Shown piece by piece: positions 17,501-26,484 of a stretch of 31,859 bases of DNA. The number at the start of each line of letters is the position of its first letter. Within the stretch, counting starts at the first letter, position 1. A model generated the notes under the pieces. The model saw only the letters and a program-made list of their open reading frames with translations, had not been told where the DNA came from and searched no databases. The stretch comes from Promethearchaeota archaeon (GTDB taxonomy: Archaea > Asgardarchaeota > Lokiarchaeia > Sigyniarchaeales > SOKP01), in NCBI GenBank assembly GCA_016926735.1, contig JAFGOA010000108.1:1-31859 (forward strand), written 5' to 3'. A program made the position numbers and the translations under genes.

Positions 17501-18725
17501 TTCTTTTTGTAAAATATTAATGGATGCATTTACATCGGCATTTAATACCATTCCACAATCCTTACATACATATAATCCTCGATACTTTCGGTTTGACTTG
17601 CGAATCACACCACAAGAAGAACATGTTTGTGACGTATATTCTTCACTCGTCCGAATGACTTTAATTCCGACCATCTCTGATTTGTATTCGATTTGTTGGA
17701 CAAGCTTTAGGAATGGCACAGAGACAAAGTTTTGATTATTTTTCTTCTCAATATGTATCTCTTGTTTCCATCTCTCATTATATCCGATGATAATCAATCC
17801 AATATTATTGGAAATACAATAATTAACAACTGTTCGGGATGTTTTGTGAAAAAAATTCTTCACTTTATTGTTCCGCTTTCGATGAAGCTTTTTTATTCGG
17901 TTCGTTATTTCCATTTTATTGCACTTCTTGGCAATAGCATTGTATTTTGACAATTGCTTATTATAGAATTGATTAATTGACTTTATCACACCGCCTTTGA
18001 TAATCAATGGGGTATTTCCAATATTATCTGACGCAGTTAAGATGTTAGTAAGCCTCAAATCGATCCCTAAAGCATTTATGCCATTCAAGTGCAAATCCTG
18101 TGGGTCATAATTATAGATCAATTCAATAGTATATCGGTCTCCAAAAGGTACAATGCGAACTCCTTTCACCATTGTAAGATCAGTCTTTATTCTTGGAAAT
18201 CCTAGTTTTTCCATTTTTCTCGTGAGTAGAACAAATTCCTCTTTTAATCTACACTGTAACGATGTGAAATAGACGATATTGCGCTCATTTTTACGCTTGT
18301 ATTGTGGTAATTTTGGTCTACCTTGGTACTTTACTGGATATATTTTCCATTTTTTCATTGATTTAAAAAAACTCTTGAAGTTGTTATCTACTTGTATTAA
18401 AACTTGTTGAGGAGGATGAGAACCACATATTTTTTGTAATTTTTGATACGCATCATGCGATTTTAACACCTTATATAATTCATTATATCGGATCCAATGA
18501 CGATCTTTGAAGAATCGCTGTCTAATCAGGTAAGTTGCAACATTATAGAGGTTTTTTGAGAGAAAAGTGATTTCATCCAAGATTTTTGAGGATGTAAATT
18601 GAACTTGTCGAACGAGTTGCATTAGGTATTGGTATATTTTTATTGCTTTTAAAGCATGAGAGAGTCAAGATTTTTTTATGTAAAATTCATCACTCACCTA
18701 AACTAAAAGAGGGTGGTTTCTTTTG
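17388..18725 (-). mobile_element. IS200/IS605-family, tnpB-only (IS1341-like) element
   Basis: On the minus strand, the left end TCTAT|CAAAAGAAACCACCC...TTTAGGTGAGTG and the right end TTCACTCCTTTAGGTGTGAG-TAGTTCAA share TTTAGGTG in direct orientation. The right end finishes in TTCAA. There is no tnpA. Boundaries are inferred. Confidence 0.7.
17432..18622 (-). CDS. tnpB: RNA-guided endonuclease TnpB
   Basis: SKNLYN, RPKLPQYK, RuvC-I GIDL, EEYTSQTCSSCG...CKDCG zinc finger and RuvC-III NADVNASINI. Confidence 0.93.
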   Translation of the reverse strand: MQLVRQVQFTSSKILDEITFLSKNLYNVATYLIRQRFFKDRHWIRYNELYKVLKSHDAYQKLQKICGSHPPQQVLIQVDNNFKSFFKSMKKWKIYPVKYQGRPKLPQYKRKNERNIVYFTSLQCRLKEEFVLLTRKMEKLGFPRIKTDLTMVKGVRIVPFGDRYTIELIYNYDPQDLHLNGINALGIDLRLTNILTASDNIGNTPLIIKGGVIKSINQFYNKQLSKYNAIAKKCNKMEITNRIKKLHRKRNNKVKNFFHKTSRTVVNYCISNNIGLIIIGYNERWKQEIHIEKKNNQNFVSVPFLKLVQQIEYKSEMVGIKVIRTSEEYTSQTCSSCGVIRKSNRKYRGLYVCKDCGMVLNADVNASINILQKEVPKSQWIGDRGCLNHPLELKIY

Positions 18726-18837
18726 ATAGAATTGATAAAAATCCCTATTATGAATTTGATTTTCCTTAAGCCAAAAAATTTAATTTTGATAAAACTCTTT
18801 ATTACATAGAAATAAATAATAATAATAAACACAAATT

Positions 18838-19347
18838 ATGAGTGCAGAACCACCAAATCTCGAAAATAAATCGATCATAGCTTTAATCTTATTATTGTTT
18901 TTAGTTTCTACAATCATTGCAGTTATAAGTTTTTTATTTTTTAATGTCTATTGGATTTTAATACTTCCTATCTCATTTATCGTAGTAGTATTAGTAGCAC
19001 AAGCATTTAATAGATATTTTTGGAATACAAATAATAAATGTCCAAGATGTAATACGTCTGTAAGTATTTATAGTGAATTTTGCCCTAATTGTGGGTTTAA
19101 ACTGCTCTTAGCATGTCCAGAATGTCAAAATGTTTTAAGATATGATGATCAAATTTGTAGAGCTTGCGGTTATCGGTTTAAGAAAATATTTATTCCTGAT
19201 GACGCTGAAATTAAATTAGCTATAGATGAGAAAATCGAGAAGAATATTGATGGAAAATTGCATTTTTGCCCTCATTGCGGACTAAATCTGGGTCGTGAAC
19301 AACAAAACCTAAGATTTTGTGAAACCTGTGGGGGAAAATTAAATTAA
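18838..19347 (+). CDS. membrane-anchored double zinc ribbon protein
   Basis: Two hydrophobic N-terminal helices followed by six CxxC pairs (CPRC, CPNC, CPEC, CRAC, CPHC, CETC). Confidence 0.8.
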   Translation: MSAEPPNLENKSIIALILLLFLVSTIIAVISFLFFNVYWILILPISFIVVVLVAQAFNRYFWNTNNKCPRCNTSVSIYSEFCPNCGFKLLLACPECQNVLRYDDQICRACGYRFKKIFIPDDAEIKLAIDEKIEKNIDGKLHFCPHCGLNLGREQQNLRFCETCGGKLN

Positions 19348-20228
19348 TGGTTAATAATAATATTCTTACAACTTTAATTTCATATATTTCAAACCACAAA
19401 TATATTGATTTTTTAGGTAATCTCCCTAAACCACTAAATCAAAATAATATCAAGAAAATATTAGATTCTATAATTAATAATCTACCTGAAGAAGACTATT
19501 TTAAATTAGGAGAAAAACTAATCTCTATCTGGAGTCATAAAAGTAAGAAGATTGGTTTTCCTCTAATTAGAGTTTACTGGAGAAACAATCCAAATTTTAT
19601 GGAAAACTATTTAATCAAACTTGCAAATGATCCTGATTGGAGAACGCGTGAGTATGCCGCAAAACTATGGGCTGTAGTTTTAACAGAAGATTTTGAAAAA
19701 GTATATCCTTGGAGTATGGATCTTGTTAATAATGGGACAGATTTCACTAAAAGAGCAATTTCTTTAGCAGCTAAATATAGCGCTCTTGAAAGAAAACCAG
19801 GAAAAGAAAAAAAATTATTATTGCTTTTAGAACCTTTACTATCAAATAAAAATAATTATATTAGAAAAAACCTTGGCCCTTTTTCTTTAGCAGCATTTCT
19901 TAGAGCATTTCCAAAATTAACAATTCCAGAATTGGAAAAATGGAGTAATTCTAATAATGAACAGATCAAATGGAATGTAGCAAAGGCTTTTGCCTCAAGT
20001 GGAGGAACAACAGTATGGCCTTTAGGAAAAGATATTTTATCTCATTTAGCGATAGATGAAAGAAGATATGTTTGGAAAGCTGTATCCTCAGCACTAATCT
20101 ATTTAGGTCGTAAAAAACCAAAAGAAATTATCCCAATACTTAAAAAATGGCTTTTAGATCCAAAAAGAAAACATATAGCCGAAGATGCATTAAGTTATAT
20201 TTCAATTGAATTATTTAGTAAGAATTGA
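19347..20228 (+). CDS. HEAT-repeat protein, DNA alkylation repair (AlkD-like) family
   Basis: LANDPDWRTREYA, LLSNKNNYIRKNLG and LAIDERRYVWKAVSSAL; start overlaps the upstream stop (TAATG). Confidence 0.65.
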   Translation: MVNNNILTTLISYISNHKYIDFLGNLPKPLNQNNIKKILDSIINNLPEEDYFKLGEKLISIWSHKSKKIGFPLIRVYWRNNPNFMENYLIKLANDPDWRTREYAAKLWAVVLTEDFEKVYPWSMDLVNNGTDFTKRAISLAAKYSALERKPGKEKKLLLLLEPLLSNKNNYIRKNLGPFSLAAFLRAFPKLTIPELEKWSNSNNEQIKWNVAKAFASSGGTTVWPLGKDILSHLAIDERRYVWKAVSSALIYLGRKKPKEIIPILKKWLLDPKRKHIAEDALSYISIELFSKN

Positions 20229-20346
20229 TTTATTTTATATATTTGATTTCTGAATCCTCATTAAAATTAATTAACCTAAAAAAGGATAAAAAATTAATTT
20301 GATTAACATTAATATTGATACTTATAGTGTTATATGCTTATAATAT

Positions 20347-20450
20347 GGGGACTTGGCGCAGCCCGGTAGCGCGTTAGCCTCCAGAGTTAAAATAAAAAGA
20401 ATCTTTCTTTTTATGAGGAATGGTCGAGGGTTCAATTCCCTCAGTCCCCA
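20347..20450 (+). tRNA. trnW: tRNA-Trp(CCA) with a ~30-nt intron-like insert at about position 43/44 (20391-20420)
   Basis: Acceptor GGGGACT/AGTCCCC; D arm GCGC/GCGC; anticodon arm TTAGC-CTCCAGA-GTTAA (CCA at 20381-20383); T arm GAGGG-TTCAATT-CCCTC. Removing 30 nt leaves 74 nt. The 3' CCA is not encoded. Confidence 0.9.
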
Positions 20451-21057
20451 TATAAATACTTAGAAGAAATCTGCCCTAATTAAGATAAAACTATTTGATT
20501 TAATGAAAGCTATCATAAATCTCTATTCCTCAGAAAAAGTAATAAAAAAAAAGAAAAAAGATTTATTTTTAATTATTCAATTTTTTTCCAATTTGGAGCC
20601 CATTTTTCACCCTGTGGATTTAGTGCCCATTTATTATTACATTTTAAGCACCAAAAACCAGTTCCAGTTTTTACTACGGTATTTTTCTCACAATCTGGAC
20701 ATTCAGTCATTATAATTATAGATCATCTTTTAACTTATAAAAATATTTATTTTCTTTTTAAGAATAATCGTAGAAATAAATACTATAAAGTATAATTCAA
20801 TTAATTTCCTCGATTCTAGATAAATAATAAATCGAATTAAGATTCTTGCGAATTAAAAAACAATAATAGAATTTGATTAAACGGGAAGTTTTTTTTATTT
20901 AAAAACTATGACATAAGTTATCAAGAATCAAAATTATATATGTATATAATCCGTTCATCTTGTTCTACCTCCTCAGTCCCTACTTAAATGTGCAGAAGAA
21001 CTCTGCATAAACTAAACCTATAATAATTTATTCAATAAAGACTATGGTAAATCTCTA
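20439..21057 (+). repeat. degenerate 87-bp direct repeat (20439-20525 and 20971-21057) starting in the tRNA 3' end
   Basis: Manual ungapped alignment gives about 61/87 identities. Both copies start CCTCAGTCCC and end TAAATCTCTA. Confidence 0.7.
20573..20710 (-). CDS. small zinc ribbon protein (45 aa), absent from the ORF track
   Basis: Manual translation: MTECPDCEKNTVVKTGTGFWCLKCNNKWALNPQGEKWAPNWKKIE*, with CPxC and CxxC motifs. Confidence 0.75.
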   Translation of the reverse strand: MTECPDCEKNTVVKTGTGFWCLKCNNKWALNPQGEKWAPNWKKIE

Positions 21058-21368
21058 ATCATTCAGAAATCTTGAAAATACAAAGAGAATTTGTTAATTA
21101 TATGTTAAAAGATTAGTTAGAACCCTAAAAAATATTGTAAAAAAATAAATTTAAATTACTTTTTTCTTAACTAAATAACTATTTTCATCACACCAAGAAT
21201 TTTTTTTTTTGTTTAGAATTATAAAATTGTATTTACTTTTTATCGATATTTAACAAATTTTGAAAATTCTTTACGAAAAAGATAAACCTTATATAAAATA
21301 GAATTATCACCAATTCATTAAAATTAATGATTAAAATAACTAAAAACGTTAGTTTTAAGTGAAAAAAG

Positions 21369-22865
21369 ATGAAAAATCAAAAGATAAAAACAATATTGGG
21401 CTTGTGTCTTTTAGCAACATTTTTATTATCAATTATTAGTGTTGTAGACAATAGTCCCTTGAAAACAAAAATAGATGTAAAATCAGCTGATCCTTATCAA
21501 ACAGTAGGGTATATGAGATATTATACATTGGTTGGTGGTTCATCAAGCGATTCTGCAAATGCTGTTGTAGTTGATGATTTAGGTTGTACATATATAGCCG
21601 GACATACTTATAGTTCTGATTTTCCTACAACCACAGGTGTGATTGATGAGACTCCAAATGGTAAATATGATGTATATATAAGTAAAATTAATGCCGCTGG
21701 TACTGGGTTGGAGTTTTCAACCTTTCTTGGCGGATCTGGAAGTGATCTTTTATATGATATATATGTGGATGAATCTGGGTCAATATATCTCTTGGGATAT
21801 ACTGAAAGTAGTGATTTTCCCACGACTGCAGGAGTAATTGATGAGACTCCTAATGGCGGTTATGATATATTTATATGCAAAATCAACAGTGATGGAACTG
21901 AGATAGAATATTCTACATTACTTGGTGGATCAGCTAGTGATCAAGGAAAGGCTCTTGCCGTAGATGATTCTGGTTGTGTTTATATTACAGGTAGTACATC
22001 AAGTACTGATTTTCCTACCACAAAACGTGCTATAGACAGGTCTCATAATGGTCAGGCTGATGTATTTGTGAGTAAGATTAATGCAGATGGAAGTAGTCTA
22101 CTTTATTCAACATACCTTGGAGGATCAAATATGGAAGGCGGTCAAGATATTGTTGTTAATGCTGAAGGGTGTGCTATTATTACGGGTTATACATATAGTT
22201 CCAATTTTCCAACAACATCAGGTGTGATTGACTATACTCATGGTGGTGGAAACGATGTATTTATTTGCAAAATTAGCGATAATGCAAGGAATCTATTATA
22301 TTCAACCTTCCTTGGTGGTTCAGGAAATGATTGTGGAAATTCCATTGTGCTTTCTAATGATAATACTGTAATTATTGCAGGGTATGCCCAGAGTACTACT
22401 TTTCCAACAACATCAGGTGTGATTGATGAAACTCATAATGGGTATTATGATGCTTTTATCACCAAGATTAATGCTGATGGAACTGCGATAATATTCTCAA
22501 CCTTCCTTGGTGGTTCAGATTATGATTCTGTGAATAATATGATATTGGATAGTGCTGGTAATATTTATATCACAGGATCAAGTAGAAGTTTATATTTTCC
22601 TATGAGTTCTATGTGTATTGATCCTTTTAATACAGGAGTTTTTGATGTGATCTGGTGTAAAATTAATAATGATGCCACTGAGTTAATATATTCAACATTT
22701 GCAGGTGGTCAAAGTTCTGAATATGGTATGGGAATTACTGTTGATAGTGTAGGTGATGTCTATGTTGCAGGATATTCTTATAGTGATTGGAAATATTACA
22801 CCATAGGACCATGTGGAGCTACAGATTCAGATGCTCTTATTATTAAATATACATCTATTCCATAA
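21369..22865 (+). CDS. secreted SBBP-repeat (seven-bladed beta-propeller) protein
   Basis: N-terminal signal/TM segment and about 7 repeats of ~62 aa (STFLGGSGxD...VDxSGxxYITGxTxSxDFPTTxGVIDETxNGxYDVFIxKIN). Confidence 0.88.
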   Translation: MKNQKIKTILGLCLLATFLLSIISVVDNSPLKTKIDVKSADPYQTVGYMRYYTLVGGSSSDSANAVVVDDLGCTYIAGHTYSSDFPTTTGVIDETPNGKYDVYISKINAAGTGLEFSTFLGGSGSDLLYDIYVDESGSIYLLGYTESSDFPTTAGVIDETPNGGYDIFICKINSDGTEIEYSTLLGGSASDQGKALAVDDSGCVYITGSTSSTDFPTTKRAIDRSHNGQADVFVSKINADGSSLLYSTYLGGSNMEGGQDIVVNAEGCAIITGYTYSSNFPTTSGVIDYTHGGGNDVFICKISDNARNLLYSTFLGGSGNDCGNSIVLSNDNTVIIAGYAQSTTFPTTSGVIDETHNGYYDAFITKINADGTAIIFSTFLGGSDYDSVNNMILDSAGNIYITGSSRSLYFPMSSMCIDPFNTGVFDVIWCKINNDATELIYSTFAGGQSSEYGMGITVDSVGDVYVAGYSYSDWKYYTIGPCGATDSDALIIKYTSIP

Positions 22866-22907
22866 GGATATATAAAAAATATAATTAGAATTAATTAATC
22901 AAACCAG

Positions 22908-22920
22908 TTTTTTTTTTTTT
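22908..22920 (+). terminator. oligo-T archaeal terminator candidate
   Basis: Run of 13 T about 43 nt after the SBBP stop codon. Confidence 0.4.
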
Positions 22921-23049
22921 CTTTATAAATGGAGAAAATTATGACTTGAAAATTGATTTTTTCTATTTTTATTAATATAAATAACTATAAAACTAATCTC
23001 CTCAATTCTAAATAAGGTATAAATAGATATTAACTATTCCTATTCAAGA

Positions 23050-24851
23050 TATTGGATTAATTTTTTAATATAACATAATGTATATTTTATTTAATAATAA
23101 TGACGAAAGTTGTCAAAAATACTTAGTTTTGGATATATAACATATCTTTATCACATATTTAAAAATAATAAAAATTTTATATAATATTAAAATTCAATTG
23201 GAATAATATGTCTAAAAATAATAATAAGAACATAGGAGTAGAACTAAAGGCTAATGATTATATTAGTTCTGAAATTAATGATAATGCAATAAATACTAAT
23301 TCGAAAGAATCTGCTAAAGCTTATTTTTTTCAAATAGATGTATTGAAAGTAGTTTGTATAATCTTAGTTGTAATATCCCATGCTAATTATGGGTTTCCTC
23401 TTTTCAAAATAACGGAAATTATTCCTCCTGTGCAATTATTTATTATTATATTAGGATTTAACCAAGGTCATTCTTTTAAACGACGAAATCTTCATAAATT
23501 AAGTGAATTATATTCATATGAATATCTGAAAAAAATATTTTGGAGATTTATATTTCCACTCATTCTTCTGAATATATTCTGTTTTATATTTGATTTTATG
23601 GTTTTTAATATAACATCATATCATATTTTTGGATGGAGTGAATCAGAGCTTGGTTTTATAAGTTGGGGTGAGACAAACCTTAATCCTAATGATTATACTA
23701 ATATAAATCCCTTTTTTCTATTATTAGGTGCTCCATTTTTCCCTGGACCTGGTAGTTACTTTATTTTAGTTATAATTCAATTTATTGTTATTTTTCCTCT
23801 TATTTATAAGTTATTTGATAAAAATCCTATAATAGGATTAATTTGTTGTTATATTATTGAATTCACTTTTCAGATAATATCAAATTATATTCCTTATGGT
23901 GGACTTCACTTTTTATTTTCTGGAACTGTTTTAAGATTTTTGTCCGCAATAGGGTTAGGAGTATGGTTCATATACAATCATGAATTATTTTCTAAACATA
24001 ATTTATTTGTATTACTTCTAATTCCTTTAAGCATATTTTTATTATTATGTTCTCATAACGCTGATTTAAATCTTTTTCCGGCATCTTTCTTTAATCCAGA
24101 TATTTTTGAGCCTATGCATTATAATCCCAATAATTATGGTTTAAAATTCTTTAATAATTTTCCTTGGTGGCCAAATACTAATTTATTTGTATATTTTTAC
24201 TATGCATTTATTTTCCTTGTTTTAATGAAAATTCTTCCTTCGAAATTAAATAAAGAAAAATCCATTTCCCGAAAAACCCAAAATTTCTTCAGATCATTTT
24301 CTAAAGTCACTTACCACATACTTTTAGTACAAACAGTCTTTTTCATGATAGCTATACCTTTATCATCAACTTATTGGGATAATCTTATGATTCCCGAGGA
24401 TATATATGATACTATTGTTGATCCTATAACTGCTGGTATTACTGATGTACATTTAATGAGTATTCAGAGATATATGTCATATATAATTGCTAAAATTTTC
24501 TTTTTTTTTATAATCACGGCAATTGTTGTTACTATTGCTCTATGTTTTTATCTAGTTGAATCAGGATTACGAATAAGTATTAAAAAAACAGGAACCATTA
24601 TAAAAGGAAGATTAAAAAGGTAGTTTTAAAAAAAAAAAACCTTAGAAAATAAAGTTATACAACGGAACTCTTCATTTTAGAAAGACTAAAGATATTTAAC
24701 AGCATTTCCTTAAAAAAATAGATTTCTTTTTAAATTAACTTCTTTCATTCTAATTTGGTATTAGGTCTTTCAATTTAACATATTGGATTGTTAATTTAAT
24801 ACAATAAATCACATCATTTCTCTAATAATTAAGGTGAAAGTTGTTAAAAAT
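23050..24851 (+). repeat. degenerate direct repeat (23050-23120 and 24781-24851) flanking the acyltransferase gene
   Basis: Ungapped alignment at offset 1731 gives about 51/71 identities (TATTGGATT...TAATAAT...GAAAGTTGTYAAAAAT); weaker similarity extends ~50 nt upstream. Confidence 0.55.
23208..24623 (+). CDS. acyltransferase-3 (OafA-like) integral membrane protein
   Basis: YFFQIDVLKVVCIILVVISH, VQLFIIILG, GSYFILVIIQFIVIFPLI and SKVTYHILLVQ; multiple TM helices. Confidence 0.8.
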   Translation: MSKNNNKNIGVELKANDYISSEINDNAINTNSKESAKAYFFQIDVLKVVCIILVVISHANYGFPLFKITEIIPPVQLFIIILGFNQGHSFKRRNLHKLSELYSYEYLKKIFWRFIFPLILLNIFCFIFDFMVFNITSYHIFGWSESELGFISWGETNLNPNDYTNINPFFLLLGAPFFPGPGSYFILVIIQFIVIFPLIYKLFDKNPIIGLICCYIIEFTFQIISNYIPYGGLHFLFSGTVLRFLSAIGLGVWFIYNHELFSKHNLFVLLLIPLSIFLLLCSHNADLNLFPASFFNPDIFEPMHYNPNNYGLKFFNNFPWWPNTNLFVYFYYAFIFLVLMKILPSKLNKEKSISRKTQNFFRSFSKVTYHILLVQTVFFMIAIPLSSTYWDNLMIPEDIYDTIVDPITAGITDVHLMSIQRYMSYIIAKIFFFFIITAIVVTIALCFYLVESGLRISIKKTGTIIKGRLKR

Positions 24852-24951
24852 CTAAAATTTGTATGCAATATTATATAATTATACTCTATTCAATTTTCTT
24901 AAATTCCATTTTTAATGCGTAGAACGCTTTTATTCTTTACTTTACCTATAA

Positions 24952-26484
24952 TTATATAAAGATTTTAACTTTCTTACTATTTAATTGATCAATTACAGAT
25001 GTTGTTGTTGAATCAGAATTAATAGTTAGAGGATTATCTCTTAAATCTATTCTTTCAAGTAATTTCAGATTTTTCAGACTTTCTGGAAGATTTGACAATT
25101 TATTATTTCTTAAATCAAGTCCCTCAAGTGAAGTTAAATTTCCAATAGATTCTGGAAGATGTATAATCTTATTTTTATCTAATCTTAAATTTTGAAGTAA
25201 AGTCAAATTTCCAATAGTATCTGGAATTTCTTTTAATTCATTATAATTCAAATATAATTCTTGAAGTGAGGTTAAGTTACCAATAGTTTCTGGAAGAGAA
25301 TTTAATTGATTTTTCCATATTTTAATATACCTAATTGATGTTAGATTTCCTATAGCTTCTGGAAGATTAGATAAACAATTTTCTCCTAAATTAAGTGTAT
25401 GAAGTGAAGTGAGATTTCCAATCGTTTCTGGAATTTCTTTTATTTTATTATTTCCTGCCCAAAGTATTCGAAGTGAGTTAAGATTTCCTATAGTATCTGG
25501 AAGGGTGATTAATTTATTATGATATAAATCAATGTATTGTAGTGATGTAAGATTTCCAATAGCTTTTGGAAGTTCTTCTAGAAAATTAAAACCCAATTTT
25601 AATTCAATTAAAGAATTTAGGTTAATAATTGATTTTGGAAGTTCTCTTAACTGATTACTATCTAATCTGAGACTTTTAAGATTAGTTAATTTTCCAATAG
25701 CTTCTGGAAGTGCAGTTAATTTATTATTAGCTAAATTAAATTTCTGTAATGAATTTAGGTTTCCAATAGTTTTTGGAAGTTCAGATAAGTTATTATTATA
25801 TAAATTAAAATTTTGTAATGTAGTTAGGCTACCAATAGCTTCTGGAAGTTCAATTAACTTGTTATTAGATAAAATAAGATTTTCTAGTGAAGATAATTTA
25901 TAAAATCCTATTATTTCAGATAAATTGTGTATTTCTCTTCTGGAAAGATTCAATATATTATGAACAATAGGGATGTTCTTTTTTTTATATTCTATAAATT
26001 CATCAAATAGAATTACCATTTCTTCTTTAGATAGGTAATCTAAATAATTATGTTCAATTAAATAATTAATAACAGAAACATATCTGCTAGAAATTCTATT
26101 AATAATTTCTTCTTTAAATACTTTTTTTGCTAGCGGATCTCCTTTCTCTGTTAATTTTCTAAGTAGAGGAAAAGCAAGAATCGAATCCAGTAATCTTGAA
26201 TTATAATCTTGTTCATACCATACTTGAAAGTTTGAACAATGTCCCCAAAATTCGATTTCAGGATCTATCACTAGATCTTTATATCCATGATATTCAAAAG
26301 GAGCGTCTAATCTATCTCTAGCTTCATCAACTGATTCTATATCCTTTAATGATGTAATTGTTTTAATTGGAAAATTCAATAGGAGGTAAAAACATGAATT
26401 AAATAATTTTCCGTCTATATAAATATTAGTTCTATTTTTTTCTAATTTCAATGAGAGATATTCATTAACATGGAATTCTTTCAT
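24952..26484 (-). CDS. leucine-rich repeat protein with N-terminal EFWGHCSN-type domain
   Basis: About 13 LRRs of 23 aa (LxLxxNxLxxLPExIGNLxxL); the N-terminal ~160 aa are homologous to part of the neighbouring gene. Confidence 0.92.
   Translation of the reverse strand: MKEFHVNEYLSLKLEKNRTNIYIDGKLFNSCFYLLLNFPIKTITSLKDIESVDEARDRLDAPFEYHGYKDLVIDPEIEFWGHCSNFQVWYEQDYNSRLLDSILAFPLLRKLTEKGDPLAKKVFKEEIINRISSRYVSVINYLIEHNYLDYLSKEEMVILFDEFIEYKKKNIPIVHNILNLSRREIHNLSEIIGFYKLSSLENLILSNNKLIELPEAIGSLTTLQNFNLYNNNLSELPKTIGNLNSLQKFNLANNKLTALPEAIGKLTNLKSLRLDSNQLRELPKSIINLNSLIELKLGFNFLEELPKAIGNLTSLQYIDLYHNKLITLPDTIGNLNSLRILWAGNNKIKEIPETIGNLTSLHTLNLGENCLSNLPEAIGNLTSIRYIKIWKNQLNSLPETIGNLTSLQELYLNYNELKEIPDTIGNLTLLQNLRLDKNKIIHLPESIGNLTSLEGLDLRNNKLSNLPESLKNLKLLERIDLRDNPLTINSDSTTTSVIDQLNSKKVKIFI

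Noticed and set aside
17432-18622. Cas12f / type V CRISPR effector
   Set aside because: No array or cas genes nearby, and IS200/IS605-type ends flank the gene.
20378-20421. Alternative BHB using CCUC/GAGG with a cut after the anticodon
   Set aside because: Splicing there would delete the 3' strand of the anticodon stem and give no viable tRNA.
20347-20450. tRNA-Sec or long-variable-arm suppressor tRNA
   Set aside because: The anticodon is CCA with a standard 7/5 acceptor/T-stem and a 4-bp D stem; the 35-nt extra region is too long and AU-rich for a normal variable arm.
20503-20715. 70-aa + strand ORF
   Set aside because: Low-complexity shadow of the minus-strand zinc ribbon gene.
25027-25890. 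69-bp periodic repeats as a CRISPR array
   Set aside because: They are degenerate, in-frame LRR coding repeats with no constant repeat/spacer pattern and no cas genes.
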